From the IMG/VR virus record IMGVR_UViG_3300024581_003792, positions 63,006 to 127,005 of that record: 64,000 nt of DNA. One strand, written 5' to 3'. Below the pieces are notes generated by a model. It was given only the letters and a program-made list of their open reading frames with translations, made no database searches and was not told the origin of the DNA. The stretch is from a virus. Position 1 is the stretch's first letter. Each line of letters begins with the position of its first letter. Shown in pieces: positions 33,087 to 42,848 of the stretch. Made by a program: the position numbers and the translations under genes.

Positions 33087-33470
33087 TTAAAAGGGCATTT
33101 CTTCTTCTTCGATAATATTCTTTATACTATCAGATGGCTTTGGATTTTCAATCTTTTTTTCTTCTTCTCTTTTTCCATTAGGCAAAAACCTTACTAAGTC
33201 TGCAGAGATGTAGAATTTTTGTCTCTTGTTTCCGTTCTTATCCTCCCATTTATTTACTTTTATTTTGCCTTCTACGTAAACGCAAGAACCTTTCGATAAG
33301 TATTTCGAGCAATTATCTGCGACCTTATTCCAGCACTCGATATCCATGAATATTACTTCATCTTTTGATGAATTGATTGCTATTGGAAAGCTGCATTTAT
33401 TGTAGTCGCCAAACTCTTTGAGTTCAGGATCGCGCGTCAGGTTACCTATTCCGATGAATTTATTAATCAT
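33087..33470 (-). CDS. ssb: Single-stranded DNA-binding protein
   Basis: NKFIGIGNLTRDPEL, YLSKGSCVYVEG, acidic tail EEEEMPF. Confidence 0.95.
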   Translation of the reverse strand: MINKFIGIGNLTRDPELKEFGDYNKCSFPIAINSSKDEVIFMDIECWNKVADNCSKYLSKGSCVYVEGKIKVNKWEDKNGNKRQKFYISADLVRFLPNGKREEEKKIENPKPSDSIKNIIEEEEMPF

Positions 33471-34075
33471 ATGTCTTTGTTTAATTCTTTTTTGATTTTT
33501 AGGATAGCTTTATTATGTATGTTAATGCATCCTTGGATGCTTAAGTTTAGTTTTTCACCAATAGTCTTCCATGGGGTGACTTTGTTGGTCTCTGGATCTA
33601 TATATCTCATTTTAAATATTTTTGATATTCTGGTATCAGGGTCTTCTTTTGCTAGTCCCAGTACTTTATTTAAAAATTCTTGACTTGCAGACTTCTCGTT
33701 ACGGTTTTCGTCTTCTGGTATTTCTCTCATTTTTGGTTGATCTAATTCCATTTCCTTATGGCAATGGTTTTTGTTTTTATTGTAAAGATTTAAGCACATC
33801 CATCTTGTTTCGTTGCCCAGATATGTAGAGAATTTAGTGTTCTTTGATTCGTCGTATCTTAGGGCAGCTTGATATATGTAATAGTTTTTATCTTCTATTA
33901 AATCATTCTTGTAGTTTAATGGTGGCGGGGCGCTCTCTTGGGTGTAGTTATGCACCATGGTCATGTATATTCCACTGTGACGCGAAACTAACTCTATCAG
34001 GCATTCCCCTGACTGCTTTTCTTGCCTTAAGCTATCAATAAGCTCTAAGTCTGACATGTCTTCGATATTTTTCAT
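33467..34075 (-). CDS. Phage-encoded sigma70-family RNA polymerase sigma factor
   Basis: Region 2 AALRYDESKNTKFSTYL and region 4 HTH WKTIGEKLNLSIQGCINIHNKAI; GGAGG upstream. Confidence 0.8.
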   Translation of the reverse strand: MKNIEDMSDLELIDSLRQEKQSGECLIELVSRHSGIYMTMVHNYTQESAPPPLNYKNDLIEDKNYYIYQAALRYDESKNTKFSTYLGNETRWMCLNLYNKNKNHCHKEMELDQPKMREIPEDENRNEKSASQEFLNKVLGLAKEDPDTRISKIFKMRYIDPETNKVTPWKTIGEKLNLSIQGCINIHNKAILKIKKELNKDI

Positions 34076-34090
34076 TATTGAATTTCCTCC

Positions 34091-34123
34091 ATGTTAACAT
34101 AATATCTATAGTTATGTCAACAT
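34091..34123 (-). promoter_or_regulatory. Promoter P2 (TTGACA-N18-TAACAT, extended -10) embedded in a 12-bp inverted repeat
   Basis: atgttaacataa (34091-34102) / ttatgtcaacat (34112-34123), one mismatch. Confidence 0.6.
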
Positions 34124-34169
34124 TATTATTAGATTTACGTGAGAATATATAAGATATACGTAAGATATA

Positions 34170-34191
34170 TCCTTAAACTAAAGTTTAAGGA
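34170..34191. promoter_or_regulatory. Perfect 10-bp-arm palindrome (operator or 5' hairpin)
   Basis: tccttaaact-aa-agtttaagga. Confidence 0.6.
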
Positions 34192-34196
34192 ATAAT

Positions 34197-34224
34197 ATTA
34201 TAACATAAAATTCAAAAATGTCAA
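34197..34224 (-). promoter_or_regulatory. Consensus sigma70 promoter P1 TTGACA-N16-TATAAT with TGn extension, facing the sigma-factor operon
   Basis: Minus strand reads TTGACAtttttgaattttatgtTATAAT. Confidence 0.8.
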
Positions 34225-34973
34225 GTAAAAATTTTAATAATATATCTTTTTGTATCGCCACCAACGGAAAAAAAGTTGAAAAGACAAGAGTTCTAATATC
34301 TTCTATACTAGGTATTAAAAAATATGAAAGCTTTAATATTGATATAAATATATGTGGATGCACGGATAGTTTTGTAGGTATTTCTGGGGTTAATTTGATA
34401 GATGCTTGCCAGGAAGCTAAGAGCGGGATGTTGTCAGCACTTAGGTTTATTGCGGCAGAGGATATTAATACTGATATTTTTGTGTTTGTGGATGATGACT
34501 TTGTTTTCCCGGAAGATTGGTTGCTTAATTTAATAAATTTCAGCGAAGATAATTATTGGGATGTGCTTGGTCATAAAATATTATTACCAAATGGTGACAG
34601 ATTCTGGGATAAGTCTACTTTCAGCCCTCATAGAATGATTAATTATGATGATCCTATAGGTGGAAATTTTTATCAAACAGGTGGGCTCTGGATAATTAAA
34701 TCATCTGTTTACAATCAATGTAAATGGGATGCTTCAATACCTATTAATGCTACAGACAAAGGGTTTAAATACAACGAAGATGTTGACATGAGTATTCGTA
34801 TTAGGGATAATGGTTTCATTTTTAACTTTGACAAAAACAATTTAGTATGGCACAATGATGATTCCTATCATCAAGCGGGTAGCATAGTTTTAAAAACACC
34901 AAGTCACATGAAATTAATAAAAGGAACTTTAAATACCTTTAAAAAATTAGTTGATACTAATAAAAATATTTAA
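34218..34973 (+). CDS. GT-A (GT2-like) glycosyltransferase
   Basis: ISFCIAT, FVFVDDD, NEDVDMS. Confidence 0.75.
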   Translation: MSSKNFNNISFCIATNGKKVEKTRVLISSILGIKKYESFNIDINICGCTDSFVGISGVNLIDACQEAKSGMLSALRFIAAEDINTDIFVFVDDDFVFPEDWLLNLINFSEDNYWDVLGHKILLPNGDRFWDKSTFSPHRMINYDDPIGGNFYQTGGLWIIKSSVYNQCKWDASIPINATDKGFKYNEDVDMSIRIRDNGFIFNFDKNNLVWHNDDSYHQAGSIVLKTPSHMKLIKGTLNTFKKLVDTNKNI

Positions 34974-34978
34974 TAATC

Positions 34979-35695
34979 ATGAATAGTAATAATAACGAAA
35001 CTATAGTAGTTATGGCAAACGGGCCTTCACTAAGGGATGTTGATTTTAATTCCTTTAAACATTTAGATACATTTAGCCTTAATGCGGCTTACAGGATGTA
35101 CAGTAAAATGAATTGGTGGCCAACATATCATGGCTGCTTTGATTATGTGGTTTGCGAGAATCATAGAAAACAGTACCAATCCTTAATTGACGACGCATCA
35201 AATAATATAAAAAAATTTTTTTACATTAATGATTTTAATAAATCACCAAGATTTCAAAGAATTAAATTAAGCGGAGACTTTAATCCTCATAACCCATTAT
35301 GCAGATCAATTAGTGACTTCGACTATTTTCACGATAAAGGGAATTCAGGTGCTAATGCTTGTCAAGTAGCAATCTGCCTTGGTTACAAGAAAATTATACT
35401 ACTTGGAGCAGATTGTAATTACAAAGAAATTGTTGATGGCGCGGAAATATACAAAGATAATGGAGAAAACAGATTAATTATTTCAGAAACTATAAATAAA
35501 AATCCTAACTATTGGTTTGATGACTACCAGCAACCTGGCGACAGATACAACATACCAAATGTAAATGTATTCCAAAAACCTGGCTGGGAAAGTTTGGCTT
35601 CAAAATGCAAGAATACAGATATAGATATAGTTAATTGCAGTGCAGTCAGTAAATTAGATTGTTTCAGAAAATCAACCATAGAAAAAGAAGTTTAA
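34979..35695 (+). CDS. Maf/DUF115/CstII-like putative ulosonic-acid transferase
   Basis: VMANGPSL, FSLN, NSG...Q.AI.LGYKKIILLGAD. Confidence 0.7.
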   Translation: MNSNNNETIVVMANGPSLRDVDFNSFKHLDTFSLNAAYRMYSKMNWWPTYHGCFDYVVCENHRKQYQSLIDDASNNIKKFFYINDFNKSPRFQRIKLSGDFNPHNPLCRSISDFDYFHDKGNSGANACQVAICLGYKKIILLGADCNYKEIVDGAEIYKDNGENRLIISETINKNPNYWFDDYQQPGDRYNIPNVNVFQKPGWESLASKCKNTDIDIVNCSAVSKLDCFRKSTIEKEV

Positions 35696-35696
35696 C

Positions 35697-36752
35697 TTGA
35701 AAATTTTAATAAAATCAACTAAGAACCTAACTGACTATTATGTTCACGCTTACGAAACATGGAAGAAAGCATTATCTCTTTTTGCTGACGTTCGTTATTA
35801 TGGCGAAGGTTATGATGATTTCCTAGGATGGGACGTTTCGGATGAAGATATCTATGATAAACTAGATTTTGTTCCTGAAGTAGAGCTTTGGTGTGGTGGA
35901 CCTGGAAATAAAAAACCCCAATATATTTCTAATGATTTTATACTTCAAAAACCTAATAAAAAAATACCGAAGTTCATACTTTTATGTGATTATTGGGAAA
36001 TTATCAGGGATTGCGATATAAATTCATGGAAACGCAGAGAGACAGAACTCTCAGACATGGGTGTAGTAGGTTACTTCTCCTTTTATCCTCAATCTTATGA
36101 CTGGATGGTAAAAGTTTGTAATACTATATTTAAAAAACATTTTAATTTCCCCTACATTTATGACGAAAAATTTTCAATACAAAATCAAGAAAAAAAATGG
36201 GACATCAACAATCAAGGTTGCGCTGACTTCAACTATCCATTTAGACATTTCGTAAGACAAAAAATTAAAACAAGTGACTTTAATTTATTCGCTACAGATG
36301 GCGCTAATCATCAATACAAAATACTTGATAAAAAACAAGACCCCCTAGAGCTATTCTTCGGCGGAGGAGATCCTGTTACTAATTTCTCAAGACTTCTAAA
36401 CTCATGCTGGATTACGATCACTGATGGTTTCTCCCTATATTCACCACATAAAGAAAAATGGCGGCTGGAAAATTCTGATTTATTTTTAGCTAAATATCCT
36501 CAAACCTTATCCTCTAGTAGTGTGTTATTTTGCCCCCACATAACAAGCTCACATATTGATGAGCTTATCGATGGTTATCATTATGTTTCCATTGATCCAA
36601 ATAATTTCTTAGATAAAATAGAATATTACCTATCAAACAAGGATCAATTAAAATCTATATCTAAAAATGCTAACAAGTGGGCTAAAGATAATTGCTCCGC
36701 CCATATTGTAGGGCAAAGAATTTTAACTCAAATTAAAGAAAATATATCATGA
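35697..36752 (+). CDS. GT-B glycosyltransferase (CgeB/Glyco_trans_1_2-like)
   Basis: C-terminal LIDGYHYV...KIEYYL.N......IS.NA pattern. Confidence 0.6.
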   Translation: MKILIKSTKNLTDYYVHAYETWKKALSLFADVRYYGEGYDDFLGWDVSDEDIYDKLDFVPEVELWCGGPGNKKPQYISNDFILQKPNKKIPKFILLCDYWEIIRDCDINSWKRRETELSDMGVVGYFSFYPQSYDWMVKVCNTIFKKHFNFPYIYDEKFSIQNQEKKWDINNQGCADFNYPFRHFVRQKIKTSDFNLFATDGANHQYKILDKKQDPLELFFGGGDPVTNFSRLLNSCWITITDGFSLYSPHKEKWRLENSDLFLAKYPQTLSSSSVLFCPHITSSHIDELIDGYHYVSIDPNNFLDKIEYYLSNKDQLKSISKNANKWAKDNCSAHIVGQRILTQIKENIS

Positions 36753-37375
36753 AATTTATTATAGGTAAAGAAAGTATAGAACATTATAGACAACCAAATA
36801 GCTACAATCAAGCTGCCTCTAACGAAAGGACTATTGAAGTCGCCTTGGGAATAGATTTTTTCAAAAAGGTCCCAGAAAAGGATTGTCTCGAAGTTGGGGC
36901 GGTAATGCCATATTATGGATACGGAAATCATAAGGTTTTAGATGCCCATGACCCTTATCCTTCCTCAATAAGAAAAGATGCTGCACTTCTTGATTATAAA
37001 GATGAAAATATTTTATGCCTTTCAACCGTAGAGCACATGGGCAATCCAGCTAATAAAGATTTTTACGAAGCTCAATTACCAACAGGAATCAGTCTTGACT
37101 GCTCGCCGGATAGTGGCTTAATTTTCCTTAAAAACGTAATTAAAAATGCAAAAAAATATTTGGTTACAGCTCCAGTTGGTTATTATTTATTTTTCGATAA
37201 ATTATTACAAGAAAACAACCTAGTAGATAAGGCTATAATAATGAAGAGAGATGCTCAAAATATTTGGTCGATAGATCCAGAAAAAGACCTATCTAACACT
37301 TATTCTAAAAAATTTAATAACGCAAATTCAATTTACATTTTTACAAACATTAAAGAATACCATTATAACCTGTGA
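36749..37375 (+). CDS. SAM-dependent methyltransferase-like protein
   Basis: ERTIEV, LEVGAV, ILCLSTVEHMG, LVTAPVG. Confidence 0.55.
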   Translation: MKFIIGKESIEHYRQPNSYNQAASNERTIEVALGIDFFKKVPEKDCLEVGAVMPYYGYGNHKVLDAHDPYPSSIRKDAALLDYKDENILCLSTVEHMGNPANKDFYEAQLPTGISLDCSPDSGLIFLKNVIKNAKKYLVTAPVGYYLFFDKLLQENNLVDKAIIMKRDAQNIWSIDPEKDLSNTYSKKFNNANSIYIFTNIKEYHYNL

Positions 37376-38037
37376 AGTCTCAAATTTTTGAGGGAAAAAT
37401 ATATAAATTGACAGTATACATTCCAATTAAAAAAAACTCGCAGCGAGTTCCCCGTAAAAACTTTAGGAGCTTTCAAGGTAAACCTCTCTGGGAGAATACA
37501 ATTGATAAGTTAAAAGACTTTAATGTATTTGTAGATACGGATTCAGATTCAATTTTTAAACAATGTGAGCATAAAGAATGGGTTACATGTTTCCATAGAA
37601 GAAGACATTTAGCAGGCGATAAAGTTTCGGTGGTAGATTTATTAAAAAATTTCGTAGATCAATTTTCAATTAACGAGCCTATATGCCAAATACACGTTAC
37701 CTCTCCTTTCTTAAATCCTGATCATATAAAATTTGCGTTAGATAAAATTAATAACGAAGGCTATGACTCAGTCTTTTCAGCTGATGTTGTGCAAAATAGA
37801 TTTTGGCGGAAAGAATCTTATGGTTATTGCCCAATCAATCATAATCCTATGAAACTTGAGCAGACCCAAGACCTTCCAGTATATTATATGGAAAATTCTT
37901 ATCTATATGCTTTCTTGCCTAAAGTACTTGAATATAATAACAGAATAGGCTATAATCCTTACATTATAGAAATAGGGTTTCCTTACAATTTAGATATAGA
38001 TACAGAAGAAGATTGGAAATTAGTAAACGTAATATAG
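37372..38037 (+). CDS. CMP-ulosonate synthetase (NeuA-like cytidylyltransferase)
   Basis: IPIKKNSQRVPRKN.R.F.GKPL, TSPF, DIDTEEDW; start position uncertain. Confidence 0.85.
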   Translation: MKSQIFEGKIYKLTVYIPIKKNSQRVPRKNFRSFQGKPLWENTIDKLKDFNVFVDTDSDSIFKQCEHKEWVTCFHRRRHLAGDKVSVVDLLKNFVDQFSINEPICQIHVTSPFLNPDHIKFALDKINNEGYDSVFSADVVQNRFWRKESYGYCPINHNPMKLEQTQDLPVYYMENSYLYAFLPKVLEYNNRIGYNPYIIEIGFPYNLDIDTEEDWKLVNVI

Positions 38038-38039
38038 AT

Positions 38040-38786
38040 ATGAAATTATTCTGGCAACAAATTCCCTCCCCTGTAATAACTGAAATATTCTGTTCATCTT
38101 CTTTTGATGGAGTAGTCTTAGACCTTGAGCACGGGCATTTTAATAATGAAACTTTATACTCATGCATACAAGTAGGCACACTATTAAACAAGAAAGTATT
38201 TGCGCGGTTCTCCCACTTAGACAGGCAATGTATAAGGATGTGTCTAGATGCTGGTACTTCGGGAGTTATCTTGTCCACGGTTGAGACTTTTGAACAAGCT
38301 AAAGAATTTTATGATTACTGCATTTATCCATTTAAAAATCAGACAGAAAAGTTTAATCAAGACAATCGAGGCGTAATAAGAAAATCAATCGTAACAGAAA
38401 CTGGAGGCAAAAGAGGTCAAGGTCTCGTGCGAGAAAATTTATGGGGAATGAAGCCTCTAGAATTAAGGCGCCCAATAATAATACCTCAAATAGAAACAGT
38501 CAAGGGTGTTGAAAACATAGATCATATATCAAGTATAGACTTTGATTATTACCTTGTTGGCCCATATGATTTATCTGCTAGTTTAGGTTCAGTTGGTGAT
38601 TTCAATAATCCTAACTTTAAAAACTGCCTTGAAAAATTAAAATTAATTACTGGAAAAAGTCTAGGTTTTCATATACCATCTGATATTAAAAATAAACTTA
38701 AAGACTACAAAGACTATCCATTCTTAGCTCTAGGCATGGATACAACCTTTATAGCTGAAAAAATAGAAGAAACTTTATCGTTGTGA
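38040..38786 (+). CDS. HpcH/HpaI class II pyruvate aldolase
   Basis: VLDLEHG, LDAG..GVI, G.RGQG, QIETVKGVENI..I, VGPYDLSASLG. Confidence 0.9.
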   Translation: MKLFWQQIPSPVITEIFCSSSFDGVVLDLEHGHFNNETLYSCIQVGTLLNKKVFARFSHLDRQCIRMCLDAGTSGVILSTVETFEQAKEFYDYCIYPFKNQTEKFNQDNRGVIRKSIVTETGGKRGQGLVRENLWGMKPLELRRPIIIPQIETVKGVENIDHISSIDFDYYLVGPYDLSASLGSVGDFNNPNFKNCLEKLKLITGKSLGFHIPSDIKNKLKDYKDYPFLALGMDTTFIAEKIEETLSL

Positions 38787-39814
38787 AAAAAATAATAATA
38801 ACAGGCGTAACTGGTCAAGATGGCAGCCATATGGCTGACTACTTATTAAAGAATACAAATTATAAAATTTATGGAGCGGTTCGTCGTCTCAGCGTCAAGA
38901 ACCACGAGAACATTTTGCATTTGGAAAATGAGCCACGCTTTGAGTTAATAAATATGGACCTCAATGATGCCCACAGCATGAGAGATGCTATCATTGATAT
39001 TCAGCCGGATTACTTTATTAATTTTGCGGCTCAATCTTTTGTTGCGGGCAGCTGGGATTACCCAATTCAAACATGGGATACTGACGCAGATGCAGTTCTT
39101 CATATATTGGAATCAATCAGAAGATTTGCGCCAGCTTGTCGTTTTTATAATGCAGGATCCTCTGAAGAATTTGGTGATGTTATTTATAGCCCCCAAAATG
39201 AAGAGCATCCATTGCGCCCACAATCTCCTTATGGCGCAGCAAAGTGCGCGGCGCGTCACATTGTTAGGGTCTACAGAGAATCTTATGGTTTGTTTGCTAT
39301 CCAAGGCTGGCTATTTAATCACGAGGGCACAAGAAGAGGTCTTGATTTTGTTACAAGAAAAATCAGTAACGGTGTCGCAAAAATTAAGCATGCAATTGAA
39401 AGCGGTAAAGAAATTCCCACTCTGCAGCTCGGCAATATTGATGCTCAACGAGATTGGACTGACGCAGAAGATTTTATGGAAGGGGTTTGGATGATGCTCA
39501 ACAGAGACAAACCAAAAAACTATGTTCTAGCTAGCGGCAAGATGTATACCGTTCGTGAATTTTTGAATGAAAGCTTAAAATGTGCTGACATTAAATTTTT
39601 ATCAAAAGGCTCCGAAGAAAACGAAGAATATTATACCGAAGACGGTAAGCTAATCTTTAAGGTTAATCCAAAATTTTATAGGCCTGCTGAAGTTCATGAG
39701 CTTTGCGGAGATTGTTCTCTGGCAGAGCAGGAGATGGGCTGGACTCGTAAAACTGACTTCTACGGTTTGGTTAAAAAAATGTACAATAACGATTACGAAC
39801 TCCTCTCAAAGTGA
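38783..39814 (+). CDS. gmd: GDP-mannose 4,6-dehydratase
   Basis: ITGVTGQDGS, AAQSFV, SSEEFG, SPYGAAK, FNHE, RDW, RPAEV. Confidence 0.97.
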   Translation: MKKIIITGVTGQDGSHMADYLLKNTNYKIYGAVRRLSVKNHENILHLENEPRFELINMDLNDAHSMRDAIIDIQPDYFINFAAQSFVAGSWDYPIQTWDTDADAVLHILESIRRFAPACRFYNAGSSEEFGDVIYSPQNEEHPLRPQSPYGAAKCAARHIVRVYRESYGLFAIQGWLFNHEGTRRGLDFVTRKISNGVAKIKHAIESGKEIPTLQLGNIDAQRDWTDAEDFMEGVWMMLNRDKPKNYVLASGKMYTVREFLNESLKCADIKFLSKGSEENEEYYTEDGKLIFKVNPKFYRPAEVHELCGDCSLAEQEMGWTRKTDFYGLVKKMYNNDYELLSK

Positions 39815-40755
39815 AAGAAGGTAAAGTTTTTGTAGCCGGCCACAGAGGAATGGTCGGTTCTGCAGTATTAGATAATCTAAAATTAAAAGGCTACAACAAT
39901 ATAGTAACTAGAACTAGAAGCCAATTAGATTTAATTAACCAAAGAGATGTTGATGAATTTTTCGAGAATGAAAAAATTGATTATGTTATTTTATGTGCCG
40001 CTAAAGTTGGAGGTATATTAGCGAATAATACTTATAGGGGTGATTTTATATATGAAAACTTACAAATAGCCTCGAACATTATTAAATCCTCACAGTCTCA
40101 CGGGATTTCAAAATTAATTAACCTTGGATCTTCATGCATTTACCCAAGAGATGCAAGAATACCCATCAAGGAAGAATCACTACTTAGCGGCGTACTAGAA
40201 AAAACAAACGAGCCTTATGCTATCGCTAAAATAGCGGCGCTTAAAATGTGCGAAGCTTTTCATTCTCAATATGGCAGTAATTTTTACTCTTTAATGCCTT
40301 GTAATCTTTATGGCCCCCGAGATAATTTTGACCTTAAAACATCTCATGTTCTTCCAGCTTTTATAAATAAAGTTCATGCCGCAAAACTCTCAGGGCAAAA
40401 AGAAATAGAAGCTTGGGGCAGCGGGAAGCCTTTAAGGGAGTTTCTGTATGTTGATGATCTAGCCAGTGCAGTAACATATTGCCTAGAGAATATCGAGGCG
40501 CAAGATATATATGAGCAAGGAATATCTCACCTTAACTGTGGATCTGAAGACGAGGTTTCTATTTCTGAACTTATGTATATCATACAAGACGTTGTCGATT
40601 ATAATGGCAAGATTGTTTTCGATAAAACAAAGCCTGACGGTACCTTTCGCAAGAAAATGGACAGCACAAGGCTATCAGGATTTGGATTCAAAAATAAAGT
40701 TTCACTTGAAAAAGGAATTCAAAAAACATACAATTGGTATACAAACAATTTCTAA
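39811..40755 (+). CDS. fcl: GDP-L-fucose synthase
   Basis: VAGHRGMVGSA, AAKVGGILAN, LGSSCIYP, NEPYAIAK, NLYGPRDNF, WGSGKPLREFLYVDD. Confidence 0.97.
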   Translation: MKEGKVFVAGHRGMVGSAVLDNLKLKGYNNIVTRTRSQLDLINQRDVDEFFENEKIDYVILCAAKVGGILANNTYRGDFIYENLQIASNIIKSSQSHGISKLINLGSSCIYPRDARIPIKEESLLSGVLEKTNEPYAIAKIAALKMCEAFHSQYGSNFYSLMPCNLYGPRDNFDLKTSHVLPAFINKVHAAKLSGQKEIEAWGSGKPLREFLYVDDLASAVTYCLENIEAQDIYEQGISHLNCGSEDEVSISELMYIIQDVVDYNGKIVFDKTKPDGTFRKKMDSTRLSGFGFKNKVSLEKGIQKTYNWYTNNF

Positions 40756-40757
40756 TT

Positions 40758-40964
40758 ATGACAGAGCAACCAGAAGAAGACACGACAATTACAATTGACG
40801 ACAAAGAATATAAGCTTTCGGATTTTAATGACGAGCAAAAAACTATACTTAGTCACATATCAGATTTAGATATGAAATCAAAAAATACTCAGTTCAACCT
40901 AGATCAATTAAATATTGCCCGTCAGGCATTTATGGATATGTTAAAAAAGTCTCTAGATATTTAA
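40758..40964 (+). CDS. Small coiled-coil hypothetical phage protein
   Basis: TITIDDKEYKLSDF...LDQLNIARQAF. Confidence 0.7.
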   Translation: MTEQPEEDTTITIDDKEYKLSDFNDEQKTILSHISDLDMKSKNTQFNLDQLNIARQAFMDMLKKSLDI

Positions 40965-40989
40965 TTTTTTTTTGCGTGTATAATTCTGT

Positions 40990-41901
40990 ATGCGTAAAAT
41001 AAAATCTCTAGTTACTGGTGGGGCTGGCTTCATAGGCAGTCATCTTGTTGAACGCCTACTCAAAGCAGGGCACGAAGTCGTAGTAGTTGACGATGAGTCT
41101 TCTACTGCTAATTCAAATTTTAACTGGAGAGACGATACTGAGAATCATAAAGTTGACATTTGTGATTTCGATAAACTCGAACCTTTATTCAAAGGAGTAG
41201 ACTTAGTTTTTCATTTAGCTGCAAGATCAAGAATACAGATTTGCGTCCAAGATCCATCTGATGCCGTAAAGAATAATTCCCTCGGAACAGTCAATGTATT
41301 ACAATCTGCAAGATTAAACAATTGCAAGCGAGTAATGTTTGCAGGAACCTCCTCTTGCTATGGTTTAGCGAACCCTATCCCATTAAGAGAAGATATGCCT
41401 AATGATTGCCTAAATCCATATTCAGTGAGTAAAGCTAATTGCGAGGAATTATGCAAAATGTACACAAAGCTTTTTGGGCTTGAAACTGTGCTTTTTAGAT
41501 TTTTTAATGTTTATGGTGAGCGCCAACCTTTAGCCGGCGACTATGCCCCTGTTGTTGGTCTGTTCTTCAGGCAGAAAGAAGCTGGTGAATCGATGACCGT
41601 AGTTGGAGACGGCCTTCAAACCAGAGACTACACTTACGTAAAAGATATAACTGAAGCTATGCACCTGGCAGGCGAATCCGAAAACAAAGAAATTATAGGA
41701 GAGCTTTTTAATTTGGGTACTGGCCGCAATCATTCCGTGCTTGACATTGTTAAGCTAGTCGGTGGCGAGCATAAATTTATTGATGCGAGGCCAGGAGAAG
41801 CTCGTGAAACTTTAGCTGACAACACAAAAGCTAAAACTTTACTCGGATGGAACCCTGCTCAAAGATTTGAAGATTGGATAGAAGCAAATCGACCACAATG
41901 A
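40990..41901 (+). CDS. NAD-dependent nucleotide-sugar epimerase/dehydratase
   Basis: TGGAGFIGSH, YSVSK, RFFNVYG, GDGLQTRDY. Confidence 0.93.
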   Translation: MRKIKSLVTGGAGFIGSHLVERLLKAGHEVVVVDDESSTANSNFNWRDDTENHKVDICDFDKLEPLFKGVDLVFHLAARSRIQICVQDPSDAVKNNSLGTVNVLQSARLNNCKRVMFAGTSSCYGLANPIPLREDMPNDCLNPYSVSKANCEELCKMYTKLFGLETVLFRFFNVYGERQPLAGDYAPVVGLFFRQKEAGESMTVVGDGLQTRDYTYVKDITEAMHLAGESENKEIIGELFNLGTGRNHSVLDIVKLVGGEHKFIDARPGEARETLADNTKAKTLLGWNPAQRFEDWIEANRPQ

Positions 41902-42728
41902 AAATTGGAATAATTGGTAATGGTTTTGTTGGCTCTGCAGTCGCCAACGGTTTCGGTAAGTACGATGTAAAAGTTTTTGACAAGAATCCAGATGCCTCAA
42001 AAAACTCACTACAAGAAGTGCTATCTCAAGATTTTGTTTTTGTCTCTGTGCCTACGCCAATGAAGGATGTCATGGGTGCAGATTGTAATTTATCTATAAT
42101 AGAATCCTGCTTTAGTGAGATAGAATCTTTAGGTTCAAACGCTGTTTTTATTATTAAATCCACCGTCCCAATAGGTACAACTAAATCCTTACAGCGAAAA
42201 CATAAAAACTTAAAGATAATACATTCCCCCGAGTTTTTAACCGCTAAGTTTGCTAAAGAAGATTTTATTAATGCCGATAGGCACATTATTGGTTATACTA
42301 ACAAAAAATCAATCGGCGAAAAAGCAATCAAACTCTTCAAGAAAGCATTCCCGAATATCCAAACAGTATTAATGAAAAGCGATGAATCCGAATCCGTTAA
42401 ATACATAGCGAATTGTTTTTTTGCAACCAAGGTTAGTTTTTTTAATGAAGTCCATTGCTTAATTGAAAAGCTTGGCCTTGACTGGCATTCAATCATCAAC
42501 GGAGTTATCAGCGACAAAAGAATAGGTCAATCGCACTTTCAAGTTCCTGGGCATGATGGAGACAAGGGTTTTGGCGGAACCTGTTTCCCTAAGGATATCA
42601 ATGCTTTAATTAAAACTTTTGAAAAAAATGGACTAGACCCTAAATTATTAAGAGCGGCTTGGGATGTAAACCTCAATGTAAGAAGCGACTTAGATTGGGC
42701 CAGATCAGAATCTGCGGTCAAAAAATAG
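41898..42728 (+). CDS. UDP-glucose/GDP-mannose 6-dehydrogenase family (short, no C-terminal domain)
   Basis: GNGFVG, VPTP, KSTVPIGTT, PEFL, K..AN.F.ATKVSFFNE, GFGGTCFPKD. Confidence 0.9.
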   Translation: MKIGIIGNGFVGSAVANGFGKYDVKVFDKNPDASKNSLQEVLSQDFVFVSVPTPMKDVMGADCNLSIIESCFSEIESLGSNAVFIIKSTVPIGTTKSLQRKHKNLKIIHSPEFLTAKFAKEDFINADRHIIGYTNKKSIGEKAIKLFKKAFPNIQTVLMKSDESESVKYIANCFFATKVSFFNEVHCLIEKLGLDWHSIINGVISDKRIGQSHFQVPGHDGDKGFGGTCFPKDINALIKTFEKNGLDPKLLRAAWDVNLNVRSDLDWARSESAVKK

Positions 42729-42756
42729 ATTGTTAATAACTCGGCAAGGATTGTTC

Positions 42757-42785
42757 TTGCAATACACAATTTTCTATGCTATCAT
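42757..42785 (+). promoter_or_regulatory. sigma70-type promoter TTGCAA-N17-TATCAT (extended -10) upstream of nrdA
   Basis: Read directly in the intergenic region. Confidence 0.55.
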
Positions 42786-42848
42786 AGGAAAATCAGTCAA
42801 ATATTTATTTTTTTTGAAATCCCAAATACCCCTGTGTAAAATAGCTTC

